Shown here one piece after another: positions 1-11,833 of a DNA stretch of 64,000 nucleotides; within the stretch, counting starts at the first letter, position 1, and every line of letters starts with the position of its first letter. A program made the translations under genes and the position numbers. Source of the DNA: Lama guanicoe (taxonomy: Eukaryota); contig MU053385.1 in the NCBI GenBank assembly GCA_013239625.1, positions 94,958-158,957 on the forward strand, written 5' to 3'. The notes beneath the pieces are model-generated. The model searched no databases and was not told the DNA's origin. It worked only from the letters and a program-made list of their open reading frames with translations.

Positions 1-535
1 ACAGGCACCTGTGCCACCCACCCAGCTGCCTCGGGGCAGTGAGGCCTCAGGTACTCAAGTGCTGGGGGGACTGCGGCTTTGTGGGTGGTCTGCCTGGCCG
101 GCACAGCCCCCCATTTCCAGTGAGCAGGCAGGGAGAGTTCCATAGCACTTGACAGATGTGGCCCCTGTGCTCCCTTGACTGGGGTCTCCACGCTGTGGCC
201 AGGCCTGCAGCCAGCCCAGGCAAGTCAGAGGCAGGGCTGTGGGTGGCCAGTGTCAGTGCCAGGGGCTGGGGGAGCAGGGAGCCCAGTGGGCGAAGCTTCC
301 CTCCACCCACCCCGGCTTTTCTGCTGGAGGCCGAGGTGGATAAAGGATCAAGGAGCTGAGGAAGGGGAAGGAAGCAGGCGAGGGAGAGACTGGCTCCTCC
401 ACAAAGCTTGGCCGCTTGGGGTCCTGTTTGGATTCCCCTCGCTGTCCCCCCCCCCTCTGCTGGGTCTCTGGCCTCTCGAACCTTGAGAGAATTTCTCCCT
501 CTGCATCTTGTCTAGGAAAGACTTCACCTCCCGCC

Positions 536-3500
536 ATGAACCTGGACATCCAGTGTGAGGAGCTGAGCGACAGCCGGTGGACGGAGCTCCTGCCTCTGAT
601 CCAGCAGTACGAGGTGGTCAGGTAGCAGCCCCCACGTCACTTCATTTACGGAAGCGTGCTGTGACTTTTGTATGGTTTTTGTGTGGCATAAAATTTTTTT
701 TTAATTTTCCTCCAACTATTTCTTGTTGTTTTTGAGGGGGGTAATTAGGTTTACTTATTTATTTTTAGAGGAGGATACAGGGATTGAACCCAGGACCTCG
801 TGAATGCTAAGCGTACGCTCTACCACTTGGGCTGTATCTTACCCTGCCTTTCTCCAACCACTTGAATGCAAACGCATTGCCGGCCCAAGCCTGGTGGGCA
901 GAGCGGCCCAGACCAGGGTCTGCAGCTCGCCCTCTTGCTCTGGGGGTGTGATCGCGTCTGTCGGCTCCCCTCCCGGGGGCACTGCCTGTGCCCTGTCCCC
1001 TGCGGGGCCGCAGGCTGGGAAACAGCGCAGACCTAGGGGTCCTGAGCGTTCACCGGTGAGAGATGGATGCCTGCCTGCTTGTCGTTTTCCTTTTGAACTT
1101 CCTTGAAAGCATTTTAGGTTATGGAGGAGTTGTGAAGACGGTGCGGGGTTCCCTGTGCCCTGCGCCCCCTCCCGCTGATGTCAGGCACCCTGTCGCCTGG
1201 GGCGCGGGTCATAGCGAAGAGCCCAACAGGGCGCCTCGCCTCTCGTCACCGGCTCTTCCACCTGTGTCCTCTCCTGTTCCCGGGGCGCACGGGAGCCCTC
1301 GGGGCACTCATCCTCACGTCTCCCCGGCCCCTCCTGTCTGTGACGGCCCCTCTGTCCGCCCTTGACCTTGGCCACCTGACCCTCGACGTCTTCTCAGAGC
1401 TGAGTCACACATTCTGGGGAAGATAACACAGAAGTGATGTTGTGCCCTGCCTGGCATGTCATATCTGGGGTTTATGGTCACAGTGGCGCCAAACGGTGAG
1501 CCCTCGTGGTCACCATGACCACCTGATGGGTGGTGCCTGCCGGTTCTCCACTGCAGCCACTGGTTTTCCTGTTATCGGCAAACACCCTGGGTGAGACACC
1601 TGAGACTCTGCTCTCACCCTTTTGTGCTAAAACGGTCGTCCACTGAGCTCCACACCCGTTGGTGGGTCTTGCCAGAATGGCTATTACGGGCCTTTGCCTA
1701 ACTGGGATTTTAATGTCCCCGTTCCTTCCACGACTACCAGCTGTCATTCCGTGAGTAAGAGCTGGCTTTTCTTCCACCTGTGTTCACTCGGGTTTTCACT
1801 CACGGGGACGGACGGGTCCTGGGTTGTGCTCTGGTACGTTCCCCGCTGGGCCTGCTGAGGCCCTTCAGGGGGGCACTGCCCTCCGAGGTGCCGCGTCCTC
1901 TCCCACACGTGCTCGGAGCTGCTGCCTTGTCCAGGTTTGATTTCTCTCCTGGAGGTGGACACCTGCTGACGGGCCCCTCGGTAAGATGCGGAGATCCGCA
2001 TCCGTACACGTGCCGGTGTCTGAAGTTTTCCAAGATGATCATATGCTTTTCCTGTTTCGTTTTAAGCTGTGTTGGTTGTCACCCACCTTGCCCAGTTCTT
2101 AGCCCACTGTCGGGTCACGGCCTGCTGTGTGAAATGACCAGGTGTCCGTCCACAGGCTGGACGACTGTGGCCTCACGGAGGTGCGGTGCAAGGACATCAG
2201 TTCCGCCCTCCGGGTCAACTCCTCCCTGACCGAGCTCAGCCTCGGCACCAATGAGCTGGGTGATGGCGGCGTGCGCTTGGTGCTCCAGGGGCTGCAGAGC
2301 CCCACCTGCAAGATCCAGAAGCTCAGGTGAGGCTGCAGGGTCTGAGCCTGCTTGGCGGTCCGGGGAGGCTCCACTCACACCGCAGCCCTGCCTGTCATCC
2401 CTGGGCCCTGGGCCCTGGGCCCTGAGGCACACCTGAGCCCGGCCCGGCCGCCCTGTGGGCGCCCACACAGGCGCCTTGCCCAGGCTCCTAGAGACGGGAG
2501 TGGCTTGTATCGCGTGGGGCCCCGCTGACGGCCACGTGCTCCAGCCTCCAGAACTGCTCCCTGACGGAGGCCGGCTGCGGGGCCCTGCCCGGCCTGCTGC
2601 GCTCCCTGCCCACCCTGCAGGAGCTGCACCTCAGCCACAACCCGCTGGGGGACGCCGGCCTGCAGCTGCTCTGCGAGGGGCTCCTGGACCCCAAGTGCCA
2701 ACTGGAGAAGCTGCAGTGAGTGTGTGCCCGCTCCCCCTAGGCCCACCCCCAGCCCTGCACCCACCTGTCCCCTGGGAAGCCCCGTCCCCAGCTCATCAGC
2801 TTCAGGGAGCTTTGAGGGGGATCTCGGGGTCCTGCAGACCTCCTGCTCCCTGACTCCCAGCTGAGGCCGGAGGAGCTGGCAGCTGGCCTATGACCCCGCG
2901 CACAAGCAGGAGTGGCCGTGAGCACACGGGTGGGGTCAGCGGCCGAGGAAGGAAGCTGGGCCAGAAAGGCCCGGCTCAGGACAGGTGTTCTCTCTCCTGG
3001 GTCTCCGCCGCCCACTGTCCGGGGTGGGAAGGGAGGCCCTCGGCCTGCCGGCCCGGACGCATTCCTGCGAGTGAGGGGCTGGCCGGCCACCTGTCCCCAG
3101 GCTGGAGTACTGCAACCTGACTGCCGCCAGCTGCGAGCCCCTGGCTGCCGTGCTCAGGGCCACGCAGAAGCTGAAGGAGCTCGCTCTGAGCAACAATGAC
3201 ATCGGCGAGGCGGGCATCCGGACGCTGTGCCGGGGCCTGGCGGACTCCGCCTGCCAGCTGGAGACGCTCAAGTAAGGTCTGGGCCGGGGTGGGGGGTTGC
3301 GGGCGGGGCTCCCCGGCTCCCGGCACCTCTTGTGTCCCCAGGCTGGAGAACTGTGGCCTCACGGCAGCCAACTGTAAGGACCTGTGTGGCATCCTGGCTG
3401 CCCAGGCCTCGCTGAGAGAGCTGGACTTGGGCAGCAACGCGCTGGGCGACGCGGGCGTCGCGGACCTGTGTCCCGGGCTGCTGAGCCCTGGCTCCCAGCT

Positions 3501-5483
3501 CAGGACCCTGTGGTGAGTCGGCCCCCGGGCTGGGCGGGCTGGGCGGGCAGGGCCTGCAGAGCGGCCGGGCGCGGCGGGGGACGTCCAAGAGTGCCGCTGT
3601 GCTGACGTGGGGCCGGCATCGCCCCGCTGGCCCTGCAGTGACAGCCCGAGCACCCCCGCCCCCCCGCAGGCTCTGGGAATGTGAGGTCACCACCAGCGGC
3701 TGCAGAGACCTGTGCCGCGTCCTCAGGGCCAAGGAGACCCTGAAGGAGCTCAGTCTGGCGGGCAACCACCTGGGTGACGAGGGCGCCCAGCTGCTGTGTG
3801 AGAGCCTGCTGCAGCCCAGCTGCCAGCTGGAGATGCTGTGGTGAGCGTGCGCCCCGTGAGGAGGCTTGTGGCCTGGGGGCCGGAGCTTCCTCGGAGGGAG
3901 GGCAGGGACGAGGTGCTGAGGTTGAGCTGCCCAGAAGCCAGGAGGAGTGGGAGGGGGCCCTGGGAGGGGCGCCCCTCGGGCTCAGGTCTGCAGTGACCTC
4001 AGTCTCTGCCTGCCTCCCGCAGGGTGAAGTCCTGCAGCCTCACGGCCGCCTGCTGCCCCCACTTCAGCACCGTGCTGGCCCAGAACAAGCGTCTCCTGGA
4101 GCTGCAGCTGAGCAGCAACAAGCTGGGTGACGCGGGCGTCCAGGAGCTCTGCCGGGGCCTGCGCCAGCCCGGCTGCGTGCTGCGTGCGCTCTGGTGAGCC
4201 AGCGGGCGGAGCGCGAGTGTGCCTGCGCGGGGCGGCAGGGCCCCCTCCCGTGCGGGAGCCCTGTCCCCACGCAGCCTTCTGGGTGTTCTCTTCTCGGCCC
4301 CCACCCAGAGCAGCTTCCGCCCCGGCCTGCGCTCGCCTGCCTGCCAGGCCCTCGTCGGCGGGGCCCTGCTCCGTGCTGCCTGGCGTGAGCTGGCTCGTGC
4401 TCCCGGCACCGTGCGTGCTGGGTGCTGGCTGCACTGAAGGAGCATGTCGTGTCGTGCTCCAGGGTCCTCTGCTGGCCTGGTGGGCCGGCCTCCAGGCTCC
4501 CTGTTCTGTCTTCCAGCCCAGCTGCTCAGCCTTTCACTTCTGCCGTCACTGTTTTTCCTCTGTTCTGTGTCCTTGCCTGCCTTCCACTGGTGGCTCCCCT
4601 GGGACGGTGGTCATCCCGGGCACCAGGCGAAGGTGGGGCCGAGGAGCCCTAGACAGCCGGCCCTGCAGCTGAGCCCCAGGCGGGACCCTCCTGCATCCTG
4701 CCAGGGGACACTGTCCTGCCTCCAGGGTCTTGGGGACACTCTGACGTCAGGCGGGGAGAGGGGCTGTGGTCCCTGACACCTGGGTCTGCCCCGGCGCGGC
4801 CCCTCGGCATGGTGGTCTTGTGGCGCTGGGGGCCCCTGGGCCTCGCGCCGCTGCCCCCCCCCAGCGGGAGCCGGCACCTCTAACCTTCCTTTGGCCCTCG
4901 TGCCTCCTGTCCCCAGCCATCCCCTTGGCCTCTGTAGAGCCTCCGCCCCACCCAGCCGGGCTCGGGGGTGAGGAAGCAAGGAGTTGGGGTCCTGAGTCCA
5001 GCCTGTGGCTGCTGTGCCCGCAGAGGGGAGCTCTGCGCCTCCAGGCTGAGGTGGGGGGAGAGCTGTGACGCCGGGGCCACGAGCATGGCCCAGGTCACTA
5101 GGCCGGTCACTGGTGTCCTCTGCCCCAACCTCTGCCCTGCTCTCCACCCAGGCTGGGGGACTGCGACGTGTCTAATGGCGGCTGCGGTGGGCTCGCGGCG
5201 CTCCTGCTGGCCAACCAGAGCCTGCGCGAGCTGGACCTGAGCAACAACTGCATGGGCGACCCTGGTGTCCTGCAGCTGCTGGGCAGCCTGGACCAGCCCG
5301 GCTGTGCCTTGGAGCAGCTGGTGTAAGTGGGCGGCGGGGGCGGGGGCGGGCCGGCACGCGGGCGGGCACGGCCCACCCTGCCTCTCCCTCCGCAGCCTCT
5401 ATGACATCTATTGGACGGAGGAGGTGGAGGACCGCCTGAGGGCCCTGGAGAGGAGCAAGCCCAGCCTGAGGGTCATCTCCTGA
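536..5483 (+). CDS. RNH1: Ribonuclease/angiogenin inhibitor 1 (LRR horseshoe protein), complete, 9 coding exons, 456 aa
   Basis: Exons 536-621, 2156-2326, 2545-2715, 3101-3271, 3342-3512, 3670-3840, 4023-4193, 5152-5322, 5396-5483, all with GT-AG introns. The seven internal exons are each 171 nt (57-aa A/B LRR pair), phase 2. Total 1371 nt. Starts gcc[24 protein letters not shown] and ends [31 protein letters not shown]. 5' non-coding exons and promoter were not identified in the window. Confidence 0.98.
722..848 (-). mobile_element. tRNA-derived SINE (camelid vic-1-like) in RNH1 intron
   Basis: Antisense A/B-box head (gggattgaacccaggacctc...gctctaccact), T-rich tail with gggggtaattaggtt; imperfect TSD ctccaac. 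Confidence 0.8.
1080..2080 (-). mobile_element. Old degraded LINE-1 3' fragments
   Basis: Recognised by eye as diverged antisense L1 3'-UTR-like sequence; boundaries approximate. Confidence 0.45.
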
Positions 5484-5592
5484 GGCGCCGCCGTGCACAG
5501 CCCGCCTCCCCCCTCGGGGTGTCCCAGCTTTAACTGAGAGAAACGCTCAAATCAACTTATCTCTGCGAGAGAATTTTAGGCACTTTATAATC

Positions 5593-5598
5593 ATTAAA
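5593..5598 (+). terminator. Candidate RNH1 poly(A) signal (ATTAAA)
   Basis: ATTAAA 110 nt after the stop codon, followed by a GT-rich tract. Confidence 0.6.
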
Positions 5599-6774
5599 CA
5601 CTTTTGTGGCAAGAGGGGTCCTTGTCCGTCCCTGTGGTTCCTGCGAGGTGCTGGTGTCGAGGGAGCAACGTTTTCGCGAGGCTCTTGCTGCCCGATAACC
5701 ACAAACTGAGCAGCTTTGAGTGAGTTCTGGGAGGCCTGGCCGTGGATGTGCCCGAGCTACCTGGGTGCTGGCAGGGTCCTGCTCCCTGCGGTCCTGGAGG
5801 CCACCTCCCCCCACAGGCGTTCACATCCTCAGGGTCTGCGAGGACGGCGTCCTGCCCACACTGAGGGGCACCAGAACGTCCCCCCTGCCCTCAGAGGGAC
5901 AGCAGCCTCTGGTCGTCAGCAGCTCACCTGGGCGCCTGGCATGTGGGCCGGAAACCCGCCTGGGAGCTGCTCCCAGCTCCCGGCTCGCGGCTGCACCTGT
6001 AAGTGGCCGGCTCCAGAACGCGTTCCTGGTGGAGGCCAGAGCCCCGTGGACGGGAGGGCAGGGTCCTCCGTCTAGCTGGCCTCACCGTGCCACAGGTGGG
6101 CAGCATAGGGGTGACCTGCCCTGACCAGCACAATCGAGCAGCAGACACTGGGCGGCTTTCAAAGGGTCTGGTCCTTGGGCAGTAACTTCTGTCGCTGCAA
6201 AAGTCCTTCGTGGTGCCCAGGACCCTGGCTTCTAAACACCCCCACTGGAAGGAAGCAGCTGCCCTCGGGTCTGGGCAGGAGACGCACAACGTGGGCCTGC
6301 GTGCATCTCGCGCCAGAAGCCAGCGGGGGTCTCCACCCCACAGGGAGGGAGGCAGGCTGTGACCCAGAGTGACCACAAACCCAGTGACTTGAACCTCGGG
6401 CGGAGCTAGCTGGGCGGACAGGACACCTGGTGTCCCTGCAGTGGGTCAGCCCAGAGCAAAGCTGACGCAGGGACAGCAGCAGGCGGGCCTCTGGGTGGGG
6501 CACACTGAGACCCCCGCCACACACCCCCAAAGCGAGGTCAGCTCACGGAAGCCAGAGGCTGAGAAGCCAAGAGACAGCGGGGCACCTGGGGTGGGGACGG
6601 TGTCCGTGGTGGCACAGGCTACGGCAGAGGTGAGGGCAGCGGGTTAGCAAGAGGCCACCTGCTTCCTTCCAGTGGGGGTGTGTGGAAGCCAGGGTCCTGG
6701 GCACCTTGCAGGGCTTGGCAGCGACAGGAAGAGGGCAGCGAGGAGACGCAGAGCGACAGACCTTCACTGTGGCT

Positions 6775-6780
6775 TTTATT
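6775..6780 (-). terminator. Candidate PTDSS2 poly(A) signal (AATAAA)
   Basis: tttatt on + strand about 580 nt after the PTDSS2 stop codon. Confidence 0.7.
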
Positions 6781-7362
6781 TGTTCTGTTTGCTCGTGGGG
6801 ATGAGCTCAACTCTGGGGGCACGGAGACCCCACGACCCGCCAGGCTGCCTGGCCTTGGAGTATCCGACCCCACCCCCAGCCCCGGCCGCACACCCTCCAG
6901 GTCGGAAGGTCAGGTGAAAGCCCCCAAGGGAAGGATCTGCCCTTTCTCAGCGGCCGCAGGGCGCTCCCGGGTGATCATCCTTTGCACGGGCTGCCAGGGG
7001 AGTCGTGGGGCCCGCAGGGCGCAGCCAGGGTCCAGGGAGCCAAGGGGGCACCGCGAAGCTGCCGCTCGGGCCGAGCCGCTCAGTGGGTGCCAAGGCTCAG
7101 TGCGGACGAGGCCGGCGGGGTGACTGCGCAGAGAGGGGAGGCCGTGGCCCAGGGCGAGCCCCAGAGCCTCAGGAGCCAGGAGCACGCACGCACGCCCACA
7201 CGCCCGCACGCACACCCCCCCGAACACACACACACGCCTGGCCCCACTGTGCATGTGGGAGAAAAGGAAAAGAAAACCTTGAGGGCTGAGGCCCAGCGGG
7301 AATCCCAGCAGATGGAGGGCGGCGGGCCCGGGCTCCACGCGGCTGAGGCGCAGCGTCCGTTC

Positions 7363-8604
7363 TCAATTCGGAGCCGGCACCCCCTCCCTCGCGGCCTCCT
7401 CTGGCCCCAAGGAGTCGTCCGGCCCAGGCAGGTGCCCGTGCCCGTCCACACCGCCGTCCACACTGCCGTCGGCCCTGCTCCGCTGCTTCTGCCGCCGGGT
7501 CTCCTTGTACCTCAGGGTGATGTCCCTGGTGGCAGCGGGGGCCGCGTCACCACCAGCTGGGCCCTGGAGGTCCCTGCCACTGCCCCGCGGACGCGCCCCC
7601 CGCGGGTGCCAGCGCGGGCAGGGCAGAGCCGTGCAGGGCCTGGCACCTCGGACCCGACCAGGAAGAGGCCCGGAGGCGCAGGGCCGTGGCGTGCGGGCTC
7701 ACCGCAGGAAGAAGCGCCAGACGGTCCAGGTGAGGGCGAGCACGGAGCCGAGCGTCCAGCACTGGGAGATGTAGAAGGGCAGGGACAGCGTGAGCGTCTG
7801 CGGGTCGTACTTGACCACGATGAGCAGCTCCGTGACCGTGATGGCCGCCACCAGCCAGGCCTGCTGGCCCAGCTTCTTGTGGGGCTTCCTGCGGGGGAGG
7901 CGTCGGCTGAGGCCGTGCAGGCCAGCTCGGCCCGAGCGGCAGCACGGCTCCTCCCGTGCCTCCCCGGCCCCCGCGGCCCTCACGGGTCGTCCATGAAGTC
8001 GTAGATCTCCCGCATGGCCACGCCGCCCACGTTGACGAAGAAGACCAGCCGCAGGAGGACCAGGCAGTGCTCGGGGGGCAGCCACAGCACGAACTTCAGG
8101 TAGAACGTGTTCAGTTCTGCCAACAAAAACTGGGGGCAGAGGAGGGTGGGGGTGAGCCCGGTGCCCAGGGGCCGCGCGCGGGAGGCCGTCAGCCTTACCA
8201 CCAGGACGATGCCGCACACGGCCAGCCAGCGGCGTAGACTGGACGCGGGCTTCCACTCGAAGCGCACCCAGCTGTAGGGCGTGAACTGGAAGGCGATCCT
8301 CTTCATCTTGCCCCTAGAACCAGGGCTGTCACCTGGGGCGGCACTGCCACCACCTCGCCCCCCCCCGCCCCCAGGTCTCTTCCTGGACCACTTCCCCCAG
8401 GGAGGGCGGCCAGGGCGGGGTGGTCCCGAGAAGGGCCGGCAGGGACGCCGAGGCCCCGAGGGGCAGGGTGGCTCTTGGGACATACTTGTAGGTTGGGATG
8501 TTCCAGAGGCCCTGCCACTTGTACGTCTTCAGGGACAGCCACTCGAGGGTCTTCATGCCGCAGTAGATGCCCAGCCCGTTGCAGACGAGCACGTCCATGA
8601 TCCA
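7363..8604 (-). CDS. PTDSS2: Phosphatidylserine synthase 2, 3' half only (exons 8-12). Frame open, but exons 2-7 are absent upstream; possibly a duplicated gene fragment or pseudogene
   Basis: Exons 8604-8486 (119 nt, [40 protein letters not shown]), 8313-8199 (115), 8129-7984 (146), 7888-7703 (186), 7525-7363 (163, ends EGVPAPN-TGA). All GT-AG. No exon 7 found between 8605 and the PKP3 promoter. Confidence 0.93.
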
Positions 8605-9189
8605 CTGGGGGCGGGAGCCGGGGGAGGTGGGTGCCACAGACCCCACTCCGTCCTGTCTGGGGCCACGACTCCGCCCCCCCCGGGCCCATGGGAGAGCCAA
8701 TCCCCGCCCTACGTGCGAGGCCTCAAGTAGAAAGTTTAAAACACTGACATCAAAAAAAGTAGCCATAGGCACGCCCGAGATGTCACCGTGCCTCGTTGGT
8801 AGAGACTTCTGTGGGCATCAGGCCACCGTCTTCCCAGGTCTCGGTCAGCCAGCCAGCGCTTTGGGCCACAGCATGGGAGTCCTCAGGGAAAGATGTTGGA
8901 GCGCTAGGGACACCGAGCCCTGGTGTTGTTCCAGCAAAAGTGCTGGCAAGTCCAGGGGTGACCAAGATGGTGAGGGCAGAGGGCTGCTCGGGCGCCACTG
9001 GGGGAGGACTGCAGGGAGCGCGAATCCCTCTCAGAAGACTAAAGGTGAGCTAGCAGGAACAGATCCCCTCTTCGTGCTGGGGCAGGAAGTGGCCCAGGCC
9101 AAGCCAGGGGACCCTCAGGGGCACTACCAAATCCCCCATCCCACCACCAGCACTCAGGGCACATTTCTCTACACACACAAATTTCTGGA

Positions 9190-9335
9190 AGCTTCATTAG
9201 CCTGCAGAACCTCAGATTCCCCATCCGTAAAATGGGGACAATCGCAGCTCAGCTACGGGAACCCTGGTGGGATTAAGGCCAGAACGTAAGCAAAGCCTTG
9301 CGCACCCTGCCTGCACCACGAAGCCCGTAAGTGGT
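9190..9335 (+). mobile_element. MIR SINE remnant
   Basis: MIR core cctcagattccccatccgtaaaatggggacaat...gtgggattaag...gtaagcaaagccttg. Confidence 0.65.
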
Positions 9336-11746
9336 GACTGATGCGTCCCTGGGGCCCCAGCACAGTCCTCCTGGGGGAGGAAGCATTAGCTTTCACATCT
9401 TGAGTGACAAGGAACTCAGCACCTCTCCCCACCTTCCCTGCCTCTGGGGGCCACCATGGGGGACCAGCTGCTGCCTCCTAGCCAGTCCGCTCTCAGTCAC
9501 TTCATTCTCCTCACAGAGGCTGACGTCCTTTGAAACACAAATCTGGCATGTCACTCCCCTACTGAAGCACCCCACACTCGTCCCCCACCCTCTCCCACGT
9601 CCCCATCCACTCATGTGCTCCAGCTGCCCTGTTCCCTTTTGGGTCCTCTCTGGGGCCTCTGCAAGGCTCCTCTCTCTGCCCCAGAGGAGTAAGAGGTCCT
9701 GGAGGCTCCTGGCAGCCCGGCCAGCCCAACAGCACCACTGCATGTCGGCTGCTGTGTCTGAGTCCCACCCGACCCTAGAAGAGCTCCCGCGAGAAGCTGC
9801 GTCTGTCTTGGTCACACAGCTGGCCCAGAGCAGCAGCAGCGCCTGGGAAGAGCTCAGAACCACAAGCGGTGGACGGATGGGCTGAGGTGCAGGCGCAGTA
9901 TTGGGCGAGGGGGAGCCGTATCCCTCCATGACCTTCCCTACCGAAGGCACAAGACGCGGGGCGGGCGGCACGCGGGGGATGCCTGGTCCCAGGCGTCCGC
10001 CCCAGGAGCCGGGGGATCAGGGGCAGTGCTGTGGCGCAAGTCCAGGTAGGCTCAATGGAGGAGGTTGGCCCTGGGCTGGACTTGGCGGGAGACAAGCCCT
10101 TGGGACTTTGGAAGGTTCGCCAGCGTGGGCGCAAGTTTGCCAACAGGAAGCGCCAGGACGCACAGGGCTGGAGTGGCAAGACCGGCACCTCCCGGGTCTC
10201 TGCGAGCGCGCTGCGCCCCTACACCTAGCACGTCAACTCGTTCTGATCTGCCCCCACCCCTGCAGGCTGGGTGGCCCCGGGCAATCTACTTAGGTTCTCT
10301 GTACTCCAGCGCTCTCCTGAGTTTTGTTTTATTTTCCTGCTTACATTTTCAAGCTTTTCTCCAGGTCCTCTGGTGCCTAATAGCCGTCCTCCAGCCTCTG
10401 AAATGAAGTGGGGTGGGGTGCCCTCTTGCTACCCCCCAGGCTCCGCCTGCAGATGCCTGGCAGCCCCTTACACCTGCTGAGTGCCCCTTGGCAGTGAGTG
10501 GCCCCCAGGTTACCAAAGTCAGCATCCGAGGTCCTCCTTCCATCCTGCCTCCTGCTCTGGCCCTCAGCCCTGAAAGCCATCCCGTCCACCACCTGCTGCT
10601 TACCCCCAGCTCCTCCTTCAGAAACTTCTGTAACAACTGCCCGGGGTCCCCACCTCCGGTAGATGCCCCAGCCCAATCTCTAAGCCTGGTCACTTGGAGG
10701 GGTGTAAATGCTAACCTCCCCTCTTGGGCCCCCATAGCCTTTCCTTCTGCCTTCCCAGGGCAGAGTCCAGGCTCCCCCCTTCCACCCACCTCCCAAGGAG
10801 GAGCATCACTCACCTTTCCAGGCCCTCAGGTTCCAGGTTCTCAAACCTTGACAGCGCACCAAAGCAAATTCCCAGGCCCTGCGCACACAGACGGACCTAC
10901 TGCTTGTTTTCTAAGCTCCCTGGGTGAGTCTTCCCCCATCTGCCAGGGATACCCCTCCTCCAGAAAGTCCACCATCAAGCCGGGTACTGAATCCCCCTTG
11001 TGCTGTCTCCCCATGCACGGGCTCCAGGGAGAAGAGGACTCTCGGGGAGGAAGGAGCAGGAGGCTGGTCGCAAGGGTCGGACTGGGCTCTGAGCTTAAGG
11101 TGGGGACCTGTCCGAGCCATAGCAGGCCCCTCAGGCCCTGCAGCAGTTAGCGAGAACTCCTGAGCTCTAGAGCACACTGAGCCACCAAGGCCGGAGATCG
11201 GAGGTGGGAGGGTCTACGTGTCCTCAGGGAGGCTTCTCACAGCCGGGGGCACCCGTAGCCCCTCCTGCCAAGAGTCCTCAGAACCAGCCCTGGGGACCCT
11301 GCAGGCTGTTGAAAACCAGGCCACAGGGTACCTGCCTGGTGCTTCCTCTCCCTCCCGTGGCTCCAACCCCACCAAAGCCCATTCCATCCCTCTGCCGTGC
11401 TTCCACCCGGGGCCTCTGCACAAGTCCCCTCCTGTCCCCACCTACAGTCTGCCCTTCAAGGCTGGCTTCCCTGTCATGCAGCCCAGCCTGGCCTCCGCAG
11501 GCCCCAGGGGGGCCCGGGTGGACTCCGTGTGAAGGGCGGGCCCCGGCCCATGCCAGGCGTGCACCTTCAGGCACACTCAGCGCCGCACAAACTTGTCTCC
11601 CGGGATTTTTCCACACAAAACATGTCTCCCTGGAAAGCAACCGGTCTGATGAGCTGGCGGGGTGTGCGGGCGTTCCCACTCCTCCCTCCCAGGGCCCCCA
11701 CAGTCCCATCCCACACCGAGGCCCCAGCAGCTGTGCTGGGCCCGGG

Positions 11747-11833
11747 ATGGAGCCCAGGACTCCTGGACCTCGACCGGCAGCAGTGGCCTCTGGGATGAGC
11801 CCCAGGGCCGGCGGTATCCGGACCACCAGCGGG
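11747..11833 (+). CDS. PKP3: Alternative first coding exon of plakophilin-3 (PKP3b isoform)
   Basis: gggATGg start, 29 codons MEPRTPGPRPAAVASGMSPRAGGIRTTSG, donor GGG|GTAGGT. In-frame (phase 0) acceptor ctgcag|CCC GAG at 13405 inside exon 1a. Resembles the recalled human PKP3b N-terminus (...PSAVASGMSWEAGGIRTTSR). Confidence 0.85.

Noticed and set aside
770..845. tRNA-like A/B boxes (also at about 51470 and 57210)
   Set aside because: These are SINE heads with tails and TSDs, not tRNA genes
6982..8004. 340-aa + strand ORF
   Set aside because: Antisense shadow of GC-rich PTDSS2 exons and UTR
9135..9160. Minus-strand peptide ECWWWD resembling the end of PTDSS2 exon 7 (SECWWDH)
   Set aside because: Only about 12 nt match; no upstream FEFLEYSLEHQLPN and no fitting splice sites, so coincidence
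9775..10230. Faint resemblance to a homeodomain (FANRKRQ) or a hAT dimerisation motif
   Set aside because: Invariant residues and spacing are absent; cannot be supported
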